Shown piece after piece: positions 13,301-25,559 of a DNA stretch of 64,000 bases. A model generated the notes under the pieces. It made no database searches and had not been told where the DNA came from. It saw only the letters and a list, made by a program, of their open reading frames with translations. Source of the DNA: Selaginella moellendorffii (lineage: Eukaryota > Plantae > Lycopodiophyta). The stretch is from positions 966,613 to 1,030,612 of the forward strand of contig NW_003314303.1 in NCBI RefSeq assembly GCF_000143415.4, in the 5' to 3' direction. How positions within the stretch are numbered: the first letter of the stretch is position 1; the number at the start of each line of letters is the position of its first letter. Position numbers and translations under genes: made by a program.

Positions 13301-13503
13301 CAAAGTCTCCAGCAAAGTCTCCCGGTGGTGCTAGATCTCCTCCCCCTCCAGCCGCAAGGTCTCCAGCTCCAGCGAAGTCGCCAGAATCAAGGAATCAAAC
13401 GCAGACGCAGCAGCTCTACAACCCGTTACCAGCCAAGCCCGTGAAACGCATCAGCCTCAAGTTCGGAGACCAAGGCAACATCTTCACCAACGCTCCAAGA
13501 TAG
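10360..13503 (+). CDS. Large coiled-coil protein with N-terminal USP8-dimerisation/AMSH-MIT-like domain (3 exons; introns ~10802-10867, ~13028-13095)
   Basis: N-terminus LPLNFYCRSARLLLKKA...F...IPSHPEY resembles the AMSH/USP8 N-terminal domain. Followed by ~700 aa of E/K/L/Q-rich heptads and a Pro/Ser-rich tail. Confidence 0.75.
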
Positions 13504-13799
13504 TTTCTATACATATACATGTATTGAACAGCTCCATCTCCAACTTCCATGGATCTTCTTTCTGATCAATGAAAATTCTCGGGAGGCTAAGAAAGAGAAG
13601 CGAAGAGAAGAAAGAAAAATACCAGGCCTTTCGAATGGATGGAATGAAAGAATGGTATACGAGGAAAACCACTGCAAAGAAGCAAAAACTTTCCTGTGTC
13701 AAAACGGAAGAACAAAAAGAGAGCGAAGAAGACAGTACCTATAGATTGAGAAGAACTCCTTCCGTCCCCCTCTGGAGAGAGCGAAATCTTCGCTCGCAG

Positions 13800-15932
13800 T
13801 TAATAGAGTCGCTTCTTACACCTTCGAGCCCCGCAGTAGCACCGCTTCTTCTTGATCTTCCCGTCGCTGTCCCTCACCGAGTCGATCTCGTAGCCATAGT
13901 CGTAGGACAGCTCCTCGAAAGGCCGGATGTTCTTCATGGCGAACATCATAACGTGCGGGTACGCCATGTCGTTGTGGTCGTTGAAGACGCACTGGACGAA
14001 CATGTTGGGGTCGCAGCTATGGTTTATAAACCTGGAAACGTTCCCGCAGCTCCCAGCGTCGATGGACATATGACCATCCTCCACCACCTCGCAAATCTCC
14101 CCTCCATCCTTCTCCTCGAAGAAGCTGGATATGTCCACCCCGCGGGAGCGGCTCCCTTTGATGCAATCGATGTCGAAGATGTACTCGTCCTGCCCGACTC
14201 GCCGCTCGGCCTCCTCGTTGCTTAACAGCTCGCCAACGTACTCGCAGATGAAGCTCCCGAACGGGATGGCCTCCCAGGAGCGCACCCCCCACCCCCGGTT
14301 CTCCGTCTTGAAAACCTCGAGCTTCCTCGTCTGGCCTTGCTGGGAGAGTCGCAGCGGGCAGCTCGCCGCGCAGCGGCACATCGGTCCACACTCGTACAGG
14401 ATCGTCTTCCACTCGTACAGCGCCCCGTCCGTGTATGGCATCTTGTTGCTGTTCTTCCCGATGCACAGGCAGCTGGCAGAGTCCCCGCACCGCCCCACGC
14501 AGCGGCACCCCGTCGGGTACGACGGCTGGAGGAAGCCCGGCGGAAAGATGGTCTTGGTGATGTAGGTGAAAGGTGGCGGCGGCCCCGGGGCCGCGTCGAC
14601 GTCGTTCACGGCACAGATTGGAACCCGCTCTCGCCCTCCGGAGATGTCCTCGCACACCACCGCCTTGCGAGCCTCCATCTTCGCCTGGAGCTTCCCGGAG
14701 AACTTGACGATCCTGGAACCCAGCTCCAGCTGCCCTGGGTCGCGCTCGAGGCTGTACTTAAACACCCGGAACCCCGACATGCCGGGCTCGGCCCAGAAGT
14801 GGGTGACCCTGTAGAGACCGTCGTAGCTGTAGATCTTCCCCGAGGGGCTCTTGGAATCCAGGCAGCCGCGGGTGACTCGAACGGGGACGTCGTACTTGCA
14901 GCTGTTGGCAAGGCCCAAGTTCCCCTTGACGAGCTCCTGGTCGCGGTACTGCCGCTTGTCGCCGTGGTAGGCGTTCCCTCCCTGGCCCGTGTACGTGAAT
15001 GTCTCGCCACCGTCGACGTCGTCCTCGTATCCGCCCGAGAGAACCAAGCTGCAAGCGATGAGCTCGCCAAACTTGTTCTCGTTGGGCCGGATGGTGTCGA
15101 TGCCGGCCTGGGTCTGGCGGTGGAGGCCGACGATGCACATCGCGATCCGGAAGAAGAAGATGTCGCCAACTTCCACCCCGGGAACCGGGCCGATACGTTT
15201 CGCTCGGTTCACCCACATGTTCTTCTCCTTCAGGGCAGCGGCCGCCTTTTGCGAGCAGTCGCCCGTCACCTTGTCGCGCACGTAGCATATCCGGAGCTTC
15301 TCGTACGCCGAAAGTGCGTTGGTCACCTTGATACGGTCATCGCTGCTGCCGCTGGCGTTGTCCGGGGCGGCGGCGGCGGCGGTGGTGTCCGGGAAGAGCC
15401 CGTCGGCGTCGTCGTCCTCGGAGTCCGAGAGCTCCGCCACGCAAACGTTTGGATCCGCCTCCTTGAGTGGCTGGACCTTGATGGCTTCCTCGCCGGAGTG
15501 AGGAGGAAGAGGGAGCGCGGTCATGGTGGAAGAAGAGGGACTCATCGCCTTCCGGCTCACAATCACCCAATCGGTCGGCTCCACCAACGCCGTGATCGTC
15601 CCTGACGCTGGCGCCTCCCAGCACTCGTCCGGATCCACGATCGTGTCGTCCTCCTCCTCCTCCTCCTCCACGGGCGAGATCTTTGGCCTCTTACTGTCCT
15701 CGATCTCTCCCTCCTCTTCCTGTTCCTCCTGTTCCTCCTCCTCCTCGTCTTCGGAATCCAAGACCATAACGGGCATGACCCTCTTTCTATCCTGCGGTGT
15801 TACACCGCATTGGCTACCTCGATCTTCGTCGTCGACCATGGAGGAGGACCACTGCTGCTGCTGCTGCTGCTGCTGCTGGCGGATCTTGCGTGAATTCGCT
15901 GGCCACCGCCGCACCGCCACCGGCCGCTCCAT
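13800..15932 (-). CDS. SUVH: SUVH-family H3K9 methyltransferase (SRA-preSET-SET-postSET), intronless
   Basis: IGPVPGVEVGDIFFFR, SGGYEDD, YTGQGG and YDGLY (SRA); EDISGGRE and Cys-rich preSET; RFINHSCDPN, ELSYDY and CYCGARRC. Confidence 0.96.
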   Translation of the reverse strand: MERPVAVRRWPANSRKIRQQQQQQQQQWSSSMVDDEDRGSQCGVTPQDRKRVMPVMVLDSEDEEEEEQEEQEEEGEIEDSKRPKISPVEEEEEEDDTIVDPDECWEAPASGTITALVEPTDWVIVSRKAMSPSSSTMTALPLPPHSGEEAIKVQPLKEADPNVCVAELSDSEDDDADGLFPDTTAAAAAPDNASGSSDDRIKVTNALSAYEKLRICYVRDKVTGDCSQKAAAALKEKNMWVNRAKRIGPVPGVEVGDIFFFRIAMCIVGLHRQTQAGIDTIRPNENKFGELIACSLVLSGGYEDDVDGGETFTYTGQGGNAYHGDKRQYRDQELVKGNLGLANSCKYDVPVRVTRGCLDSKSPSGKIYSYDGLYRVTHFWAEPGMSGFRVFKYSLERDPGQLELGSRIVKFSGKLQAKMEARKAVVCEDISGGRERVPICAVNDVDAAPGPPPPFTYITKTIFPPGFLQPSYPTGCRCVGRCGDSASCLCIGKNSNKMPYTDGALYEWKTILYECGPMCRCAASCPLRLSQQGQTRKLEVFKTENRGWGVRSWEAIPFGSFICEYVGELLSNEEAERRVGQDEYIFDIDCIKGSRSRGVDISSFFEEKDGGEICEVVEDGHMSIDAGSCGNVSRFINHSCDPNMFVQCVFNDHNDMAYPHVMMFAMKNIRPFEELSYDYGYEIDSVRDSDGKIKKKRCYCGARRCKKRLY

Positions 15933-18439
15933 CGATCTGAGAGATCACTCCCCGCCCCTCCCGCCCGCCCAGAAGATGAAACAGAGTAGCCCTAACCCTA
16001 CATTTTAGGTCTCCTGATTCGGGAATATACGCCAGTGCAATTGATGTCAGCCCTAAAAGGTTGAAAAGCACCCCCTTTGCTATTTACGTTTACTGTTCAG
16101 AGAGAAAGTATCGTGTGAAAGAGAGGACTTCTCATGAAGAGCTTGAGGTCCTGTTGGTTCACACCAGGTCCTGTAACAGCAGCAACCAAAGATCTTGCTC
16201 GCAATTTGTGAGACCTATCCTTCACTCCCTTGCTGTGTCATTGATCGAGGATTTCTTCCTCATTTGTGGCCCTCTGGAGCAGAAGATCAGGTTCCAGCAG
16301 CAATGCAAATGCGATCCGGGAGCAGCGTGCATGCAGGCTGTAAGAAATGGTGGTGGATGTTGTGCTCGGCCGGCCTTGTTCAACCCGTATGAGCGGATTG
16401 CACTGTTGAAGCGAAAGCACACTGATCATGAATGATCCGAGGATGGAAAATATGGTAAAACACATAAAATAATCCTGTGATTGCTCGCAAACAAATCGAA
16501 GAATGTTCTTGCAATAGTTGGTCAATGTCTACAACTCAGGATCCCGACTAATTTAGCAAGATCACATCTTGGTTTGGAGAACATAGAGAGAGATCCTTGA
16601 AAAGCAAACTGTCTAGTGTCAATCAACAAACCGTCCTAAGGGAAGGGCGATACATAACGTCCCAGTCCCCTGTGCTCAAGTCAAAAACAAATAAGGTCGA
16701 CGTCTCTGCAGTCGAAAAGACAAAAAGGTTTCCCTCAGCACATACAACAATGGGACAACAGGGGCATACACTCATTCACGTGAGATGGTTTTTGGATTTT
16801 TGTGTTATGTTCAAATTATTCATGTGGCCAATTTTGGTATGGTTTCTTATAGCCCAGATAGTGAATGTTTTTTTATATAACTTATTTTTCACTGATCAAG
16901 TGGTTATCTATATAGTTTTATAGAGATCATATGCTATATGATTATTCATATAGATTATAGTGTGATCAATTATTTCTATTACCACTAACAATCCAATCTG
17001 CATGGAGGCTGAATTATTTTGTGCCCAATTCCCATGATTTTCTATTTGTAAAAGTTATATGGTGAAATATTTCTTTTTTTTTGGTAAAGTTATTATAAGC
17101 CCATAACAGCCAATATCAAGTTGCAAAGTCTTCAACTCATGCTATTTGTTTGCCTATACAAATAAATAAAGGATTTAACATCACTCCCCAAGAATTATGA
17201 GATGGATTTTCCAACTATTTAAGTTCTTAGCATATTGTAAACACTCTCCAACCATTTAATCCATATAATCTGCACCAATACAACCTTTGTAACATGGGCA
17301 AGTGTATTCAAAATTTCCACCAGGCCCTTAATTGTTTTATTTTTGTTATAAAGCACATTTAAAAATTAATATAAACCACATTATTTTGTTATTGTTGGAA
17401 AGCACTTCCAAAAATTGGTGTAAAACAACATGTAAAATCATATAGAAACACCACCAAAAGGTATTATAGTGAGGGAGAATATAAATTTCTCTCAACAAAA
17501 TTTCAATAAAAAGAATGCATATATGATTAAAACATATAAAACTAAGAGTTAAAATGTGTTATATAGTGTGTTTATTTACCTTTGGCTTACCTCTAGAAAT
17601 GTGATATTTAAGAAAAAAAAATTAAAGTAAACACAACTCTTAAACATTATAATTAATATATTTGTAATTCTTTGCAAAATTAGCTTCAATGCTTCAAGTA
17701 AGAAGATCTAATGCATAAGACATATTTCCTAAGAACTGAAAAAAAAAATAATGAAAATTTGTAGAGTTGGATTATTTAGATATTATTTATGTTTACCTTT
17801 AAGAAAGAGTCAGTTACACAATAAACTTATATGTAGTGATGCTTATATCTATTGTGTTCTATGAGTTCCCTTTTTATAAAATTTTACATTCTAATCATTA
17901 AATGACCAATAGTGATGTTAATTTTCTTTTTCAAGTTGGAGATTTGGTTATTTTACATAGAAACATCTCCTTATGTCGTTTTGGTGCAATAAAGTAAGAT
18001 TCTAAAATCTTTTTAGTCTCTTCGGTGGTAGCTTATATTAGGTATTATTTTAGGTGCAAACTAATTTTTGATATGGTTTTATTTACTTGCCTTTATATTT
18101 GATCTTTAACAAATGTATGCTTGCAAAGAATGATCTAATATTTTGACTACAAAGCCTTTTAATATTATATACCCAAAAAATCTCACACTCTCAAAGTTGT
18201 CATCAATAAGATCACTTTATCATTATGCTCTAATATAGACATACGTGAGTTCCCAGTCAACATTCCATATGATTCCGTTGTTATTTCTATGGTCTCAAAT
18301 GTCTATCCCTGGCTATAATCATGAATGCTGGTTGTAATATTTGATACGACCCTCAACCGTTCTATCAAACTATCACACATGAAGCATATTACTGAGAGAA
18401 AAATTGCTACTCATTCACAGTCCAATGTCCTAGCTTGGA

Positions 18440-19262
18440 AAAACATCTTCTAATGGTGGTGAGTTGATAAGAAAGACGGCTTTGTTACGCACACATCATA
18501 CCCTGGGGCACCCACATACACCTAGGCACTTCCAAAGTACTGCCATTGTGCACACTGGCAAAACGCACTACAGGACTTAGGCCGGTTGCAATCCACAGGC
18601 TGCAGATCACTTCCCCGGTGCTCCATCTCACACAGCCAAAGTCGTAAAATCCCAGGATGGTGAGGTCGTAGAAGTAGTCCATCTCTGGGAATCCAACAAC
18701 CTACATTCCGCTGCACCTGCGCTCTCATCTTGACATAGGCTGGGGAGAACTGGACCTTGACCACGCCCATGTTGCGGAGTCGTAGATGAAGCAGCATGGG
18801 CGTGGTCTTCTCTCCCCAAGCTCCAGTTCTCGCCAGCCTATGTCAGGATGACAGAGCAGTCCGACTTTGAAGCTGACAAACAAGATTAAGCTCATATCAC
18901 TGTCTTCTACCTTCCAGTAAAGCGGTGGTAGTTTCGTCCACTCTTGGGTGAAAGGATTGCACACCACCAGGCGAAACACACCATCAGAGCTGGCCCGAGG
19001 CAAACGAGGCCCCCTGCAAAAGCAATGACTTCATCGACAGTCCCTGGAGCAATGGAACCCGTGACCGAACCCAGGGGAGGAGGCAATGCTCTGCAAGTAG
19101 GTCCTTGATCCGGGGCAATCCATCGTTTCGCCGCCGCTGGTGCCAAAATAGGTGCTACGTCTTTTCTCCACAAACACATATTGTGGCCAGGTCCACAAAG
19201 CTCAAAACTACCTCTAAGAGATCTTCTTGGTCACCGAGACGCACCGCCAGAGGCCCCTGCAT
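18440..19262 (-). pseudogene. Degenerate F-box/kelch-type gene
   Basis: F-box-like start (EDLLEVVLSFV), AGGLVC and LVVCNPFTQEWTKLPPL split over different frames with stops. Confidence 0.65.
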
Positions 19263-19904
19263 CGTGAAAAACGATTCGCGAGAAGGGAGAACCCTTGCGA
19301 ACGAAAACGACGCGACACTGATTTCCAAGTTGTCTACGTGTCAATTCCATTCATTCATTTCATGTTGCTTCGGGCGTGGGAGTTCCCATAGATCTCCAAG
19401 CATCAAACTACAAGCTCAATCACTATCTCTTCAATAGCGCTTTGCAAATGTATCCCTCCCCCGATTCGAGCAGCACCTCATTTCTCCTTCTCCGTCCAAC
19501 ACCAAGAAAGGAGTTCTTCCATGATATCTCTTTCCACTGACATCCAAGCCGCCACTACCACTACTGCCACCACTCGATCTACTACTACTCACTTCGATTT
19601 CACTCGATTTCCTTTTCCAGTGCTGCTCAAAAGTTTGGCTCCGTTCTCTCACGAAAAGAGCAACGAAAAAACTTATTTTCCCTCCAGCAGCACTGGGAGC
19701 TATGAGAACCACCACGATCGTTTTTCTTCCTCCACGTCGTCTCTCTGGCTTCAAGTCGCGGCTCAAATGCAACAAGATCATCATGGCTCTCCCCGGACGA
19801 GATTGCTTCATCTTCGAGAAAGTTATTAAAGATCCCCAATCGAGCTGTGGACTTCCACCAACAAGTCATCCTCGTTACCACCACTGCCACACCGTCAGAG
19901 GTCC

Positions 19905-20041
19905 CTCGTCTTCGGAATCCACGATCATCACGGGCGTCTCTTTCTGTGCCTGCTTCTACACCACATTGGCTACCTCGATCTTTCTCGAGAGAGGAAGACG
20001 ACTGCTGCTGCTGCTTCTGGATCTTGCTCAAATTCGCTGCA
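19905..20041 (-). pseudogene. Duplicated fragment of the neighbouring SUVH 5' coding region
   Basis: Shares TCGTCTTCGGAATCC...CATTGGCTACCTCGATC...CTGCTGCTG...GGATCTTGC with ~15745-15902; both translate KI.xQQQQ...DRGSQCGV. Confidence 0.85.
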
Positions 20042-20609
20042 ACCGAGAGAGAAGAAGCTTGTGCCTCCCGTGATAATAAGTTCGCACTTGGCACCACTTC
20101 AAAAACAGACATGCTTTGGTGGTCTCCACGAAATTGATGTTTGCAAAAGATATCGGGCCTCCTTGGGCGCCCTGGGTACCAAGCGCTATCCGGTAGGTCA
20201 CGGTGGGGTTGACCATACCGACTTAGCACTACTGGGTCACCGACGAGGGGGGCCAAGTGGTCAAGGGTCAGCGACCCCATTTACTAAGCAACCCGAGGGA
20301 TGCAAGCGCCCTCTCAGGCTCTCCCGGATTAACCCTTCTTGCAACTCCATTCCCTTTATACTGGTGTTTCTTTACTGCGCCTTGGCTAATGGGATAGGTT
20401 TTCAGCTTACATGGCACAACACCCGCATCTCCGGGATGACTAGGATTGTTGGTTGTCAGCCTGGCATTATCCAAGTAAATTATAAGAAGCACCATTGGAT
20501 GACTCCATTTTCCAGCCGACATTTCCACAACCTTTGCCTTTCGATGGATTTTCGACCCAGAAGAATCATCCACAAGCCCGGCTGTGGAACATATGGCATG
20601 GAATGCTCC

Positions 20610-21050
20610 AGCTGACCAGCTCGCCCCATTGCGTCAACCAAGCAGTAGTAATGCTTGATCCCGGGAGGGAGCGATCATGGACAAAAAATCTCGGCAACAC
20701 AGCTCGAGCTGGCTCGCTGCCGCTGCTAGAATTGTAGGGACATCTACGAGACAATGCCGGATCGCAGCTCAGTGGCTCTCATCACTGTGATCTTGGTGCT
20801 CGCACAGCATGGCTACGTCCAATCCCCGAGAACAGCCTTTGAGCGATTTGAAAAGAAGCAGGATCATCGCGGTCTATGTCCACAACGGACGCGTGAGCGA
20901 GGCACTGGATCTCTTTCGAGAGATGATCTTGCTGGCTTTCAAGGCAGACGAGACCATCTTCACGCACTCGCAAGCTGGCCTTCCTGTGCATCAGCTTGCA
21001 TCATCACAGTGGATGTCACAGCGTTTATCTCTGGCACTTCGACGAAGATT
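20610..21050 (+). pseudogene. PLS-class PPR fragment
   Basis: MPDRSSVAL..AQHGY and IIAVYVHNGRVSEALDLFREM..ADETIF, frameshifted. Confidence 0.75.
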
Positions 21051-21905
21051 TTCACTGCTTCCTTCGATAATCTGCGGCTGACCAGCGAGGACAAGAGAGT
21101 GTTGTAAGACAACAGGTTGTGGTCGGGCATGTGCTCAAAGAAGTCTTTGCAGTGGTGGACGTCGGGTGCTTAACAAGCGAGCATGGTGTTCCAGGAGACC
21201 ATGTCCAGGCACGCCAAAGCATCAAACACTGCTCGAGCATTGTGGCTCTTGGAGTGATCGGCGTATGTTGGTCCAGGCTGCCAAGCAACTGGGATCGTCG
21301 AGTGTGGTTTCTTGCATGATCTGGAACGAACTCTCGCCATCTTGTACATGCCCAAACCGTGCAGATGCCCGAAGCATCACGCTCGAGGTGATTGAGCTTC
21401 GCTCTGGCATAATCGCAAACAGTTGCTTCGCATGCGCGTAAGTTCTTAACATAGTTGTCCAGGAAATCATGCTTCTTCCAAAACACAATATTGCAAGCAG
21501 GCATTGCGTCAAAGGGATATTTCGCCACGGAGAAATCCCCAGCCTGGGCAAATGCCGAGATTATAGTGTTCTAGGCAGCTAGCGTTCTTGCGCCGACGCT
21601 CTGGAACACAGCCATAGCCTTGCCGTGTTGCCACTGAGAACATAGCGAGAACTCATAGCCGCCCACGTGTACTCGTCGTGAGCGGGCATCATTTGAAAAA
21701 GCTCCATGGCGTTACTGTAATGCCCCTTCTGGGCATATGCAACAATCATGGAGTTCCACGACACCACGTTCCTCACGTACTATTCTCGAACATACATTGC
21801 GCGAGATCCACAAGGCCGTTCTCGGCATAGGCATTCATCACAGCCGTCCACGCGACCACGGGCATCCTGTCAAAGACCCGGCAAGCGTCGTCCAGATGCC
21901 CCATC
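21050..21905 (-). pseudogene. PLS-class PPR fragment
   Basis: RNVVSWNSMIVAYAQKGHYSNAMELFQMMP, AKQLFAIMPERS and ARAVFDAL..DMVSWNTML, with frameshifts. Confidence 0.82.
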
Positions 21906-22019
21906 TGGGTGGAGGAGGATTATTCCGGAGAAGGAAATGGGATCTTTGATGCCATTGGCAATCCTGCGAGGGGAATCTTCTACTTGCTGCTCGTTTGCGC
22001 GAGGAGGAAGAGAGTCATC

Positions 22020-22370
22020 CATGCAAACTTGCCAATTCCCCCGGCCACGCGACTGTTGGTCTGGGAAAAGAATCGCGGTCGTGTCGCTGGAGCAGCAGCT
22101 GGAATTCGCAAGGAAGGGGCATGTTTGCGTCCGGGGATTGTTCTCCAGCGCTGGATCCACGCCCAAATGTGCGAGGAGGAAGAAATGCTCGCGGCTTACA
22201 AACACCGCGTCTTGGTGCTGTACAGGCCCGGGCATCGATTTGCGTCGCGTCACAGCGTTGATCCAATCCAAGGTATATAAGTTCTGTTGATAGACATCTT
22301 TTCTCTCTTGTTGTTCCAGGGGAATGACGAGCTTGGTTTCCTGCAAATGTTCCATCTCCACCGAAGAGCT
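22020..22370 (+). pseudogene. Fragment resembling the N-terminus of a phytanoyl-CoA dioxygenase (PhyH)-family gene
   Basis: VSLEQQLEFARKGHVCVRGLFS, LAAYKHRV and a spliced GFLQMFHLHRR; frameshifted and truncated. Confidence 0.45.
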
Positions 22371-24502
22371 TCTTCTCTTCTTCCACCCTCGAGTCTGCCT
22401 GCCAGGCCGCAGCGGAGCTCCTGGGATCAAACAGAGTCGACCGACAAGCTTTTCGTTTTCCTTCTTCTAAGGACAAACGTAACATGTGTCGTTTTTAGTG
22501 ATTTTTAAAGGTAAGAGTCACATGATATATTTTGAGCTTGGTATCATGGTAGTAAATGTAAGAACTTCGTCCCTGGATTTATAGGTTTTCGCTTGTACCA
22601 GGAGTCTCTTCATCAAGCTCCCAGGATTCAGTGTCACGAAGTGGTACTCTGATCTCAACATAGTCCCGCTCGACACTCACGTTTTGGATTCCACTCCATT
22701 CACTGTCAAAAAAGGCTTCAAATTTTCGCCCGTCACAGCCTAGATTTCCAGCTTCTCTCAGACGACGACTTCCTATGCTGCGGAAACCACCAGCTAGAGA
22801 CAAACTATGACTCCAAAATATTGATTACTTAATAATTATCCTGAATAAATATTTTTAAACTTTCAAAAGCAGAGTTTCTTCCAAATGTTTCTGCCTACCA
22901 CAAGCTTGGGCTTAGACATCTAATGCAACGCAAGTCAAACATAGACTTGCAATGAACAGTTACAGCAGCAGTTGCAAGCATGCTAGGTATATGGCAAAAC
23001 ACAAGGAAAAACAAGTGACAAAAAAGTGAAGAAAAAAATAACGTAATACATTATTCTTATAGACCAAGGGTCCAACACTAGAAAATTTTGTAATAGCATC
23101 CTGCAGCTGCTTAGAAGTTTCTGAAGTTTCTTTTCAGATTATCCCTTCGATTTAAGTACTTCTCAAAACCTGAAAAGGTAGTAGCATCAAATCTCAACAC
23201 ATCAACTACGGCATCAAGCTCTGTTAAAACCATAACATGGATGGGCAATATGCTCCAGATTCAACAAACCACGATTGATCTCATGCTTTAATGCTCAAGG
23301 AAGAAAAATAAATTATCAAAAGAAAGTGTGTTATGAGGGAACAGATGCTGATTGGAGTTCATTCAACTCCAGTGAAACATCAAAGTGTAACATCCCTTTA
23401 GTCAAAAGTTTCAATTCGTTTTTCATACATCTTATTCACATTCTATTCAGATGTTGATCAGATTACCAGTTCTCTTTGATACAGTCGAACGTGCACACAG
23501 CCAATGGAGAAGACAAGATGATCAAATAGCAAAGGATGGAACAGTATCATTAGAGAAAACTCCCAAGGAATTCATGTCATTCGAAATATTCCTATAGATC
23601 GCCTTGATTTTGTTCTCTCCTGGGAAGGAGGAATACAACTGTACGTGTTCAAATCTTTGGCTTGATGTACTGTATAGATACCAAGGAAATCATACAATTC
23701 TACTACAAGATTCAGAAATCCCCGGCTTGTATTAACCAGTATTTGATTCTCTTCTGGAAGTTGAAAGCTATCACTTTCACAGCCCAAATTCAACGAGCTT
23801 ATATTCCAAAACCATGCTATAAAACAAAAAACTGCGTCACTCTTCGTGATGGTATATGAGGTAATCCGCGTGATGAGAGAAAAAAATCTGCAAGTTTAGC
23901 TCGTTAGATTCGAGAACAACAAAATGATTTTGCTGAGTAGGAAAGCATGTTTCTGTTACAATTTTCCGTGGCGGCCGGGATTGGACGGCGGGTCAAGGGA
24001 GCCGATCAAATCTTCCTTGTTTGCTTGCGTGGTGATCTTGGTAGAGGTAGCAGTCTCCTGAGATTTGGTCCCTGGATGATTCACTCGGGTCCCTCCCTTT
24101 GCTTTAGAACTTTTCACAGGGGATCAAAGATTTATGCCCCCCACCTCGTGTCGACGACTTTCGGCCTTGCGTTTGTCATCTACTGAGTAGCAGCATCTCG
24201 CAAGCGATTGCTTAGTCTTCGTTAGTCAGTCTGTTCACCTGACGAATGCGAATTAGTAACTGCACAAGACGTACCTTGACACCGACAGTTTACTGTGCGG
24301 CTACGAGGTCAACACCTTGGAACTTCATACCTCTCAGAGCTCTCCTGGTATAAATACTTGACACTTCCTTCCACTCGAGGTCAGTATCTTAAACTTCCTT
24401 GGTTGTCTCCGCCCCTCTTCTCGGAAAAGTTGGCTGCTCCTGTCCTGAAGCAAGCTCGTCCCTTGTTTGGTCACAATAGCGTCGTCTCTGTATACCAGAC
24501 TT

Positions 24503-25559
24503 ATGGAGGGCGGAAGCGCTGCTACACAGCAGGAGAGGACCTCCAGCGTCGACTGGAGAAACCAACAGCAGAACAAGTGCTTCCCCATCGAGTGCTTGCC
24601 CGAAGATGGAGCCTTCAATGCACCTCTCACTGGACTTCCTCCTGTTCCCTCCCTCATTAAGAAGGTGATTTCTTGTTGGCATCCTTGCCCTGGCTCAGTT
24701 CTTTCTTTTCCAGCTGCTGTCCGAGTTCCTGGGAACTTTTATCCTGATCTTCGCAGCGGCCGGAACTGCGATCATGAACGAGAAATCCCACGGAGCTCTT
24801 GGAGTCCACGGCCTGGCTGGAGGAGCGGGTATCACGGTCATGGTCGTCATCTTTGCAACCGGGCACATCTCCGGAGCTCACATCAATCCTGCTGTAACTG
24901 TCGCATTTGCTACCTATCGCCATTTTCCATGGTTCCAGGTTTGACTTGTTGTAAAGTTGATGGAGCTTTGATTAAGTTTTCCCGTGCCCCGCAGGTCCCG
25001 CTTTATATAATCACTCAAGTGGTGGCCACCATCTGTGCTGCCTTCGTTCTCAAAGGCGTCTATCACCCGGATCTCAGTGGCGGCTGCACGGTTCCAGTCG
25101 GTCCGATATGGCAGAACTTTCTGTTTGAGACTATCCTGACTGCCATGATGATGTTCGTGGTCACAGCAGTTGCTACCGATTCCAGAGCTGTACGTTTTAA
25201 CGTTGGTTTTGCTTTTCTTCTCGTCTCTTACGTTGATCTTGATCACAGGTTGGAGAGTTGGCTGGTATTGCTGTCGGAGCAACAGTTTATCTGAACAATC
25301 TCATTGCAGCGTGAGTCGTTTTCAGTAGCTCGCTAGCTTTTAGTTACCTGAAATTTTGGCCAGGCTGATTTCCGGAGCGTCCATGAACCCGGTTCGTAGC
25401 TTGGGTCCCGCCATCGCTGCGAACAACTTTCATGGCTTTTGGATTTATATTGTTGGTCCTTTCCTCGGCGCTCAGATTGGTGCTGCCGCCTACACTCTGA
25501 TCCGTTTCAAGGACCTGGAACCACAGCAGCTCCAGCAGCGCCGAAGCTTCAAGAAGTGA
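24503..25559 (+). CDS. NIP: NIP aquaporin (5 exons; NPA/NPV; ar/R approx. A-N-A-R)
   Basis: SEFLGTF, GHISGAHINPA, ATDSRAVGELAGIAVG and GASMNPVRSLGP; TATAAATA at ~24348. Confidence 0.95.

Noticed and set aside
14337-15605. 422-aa plus-strand ORF (likewise 31777-32667 on the minus strand)
   Set aside because: Antisense shadows of GC-rich genuine CDSs.
16061-16435. Cys-containing ORF upstream of SUVH
   Set aside because: Non-ATG start and no recognisable domain.
22560-23900. Possible exon remnants on the minus strand
   Set aside because: Short frames with stops; no family recognisable.
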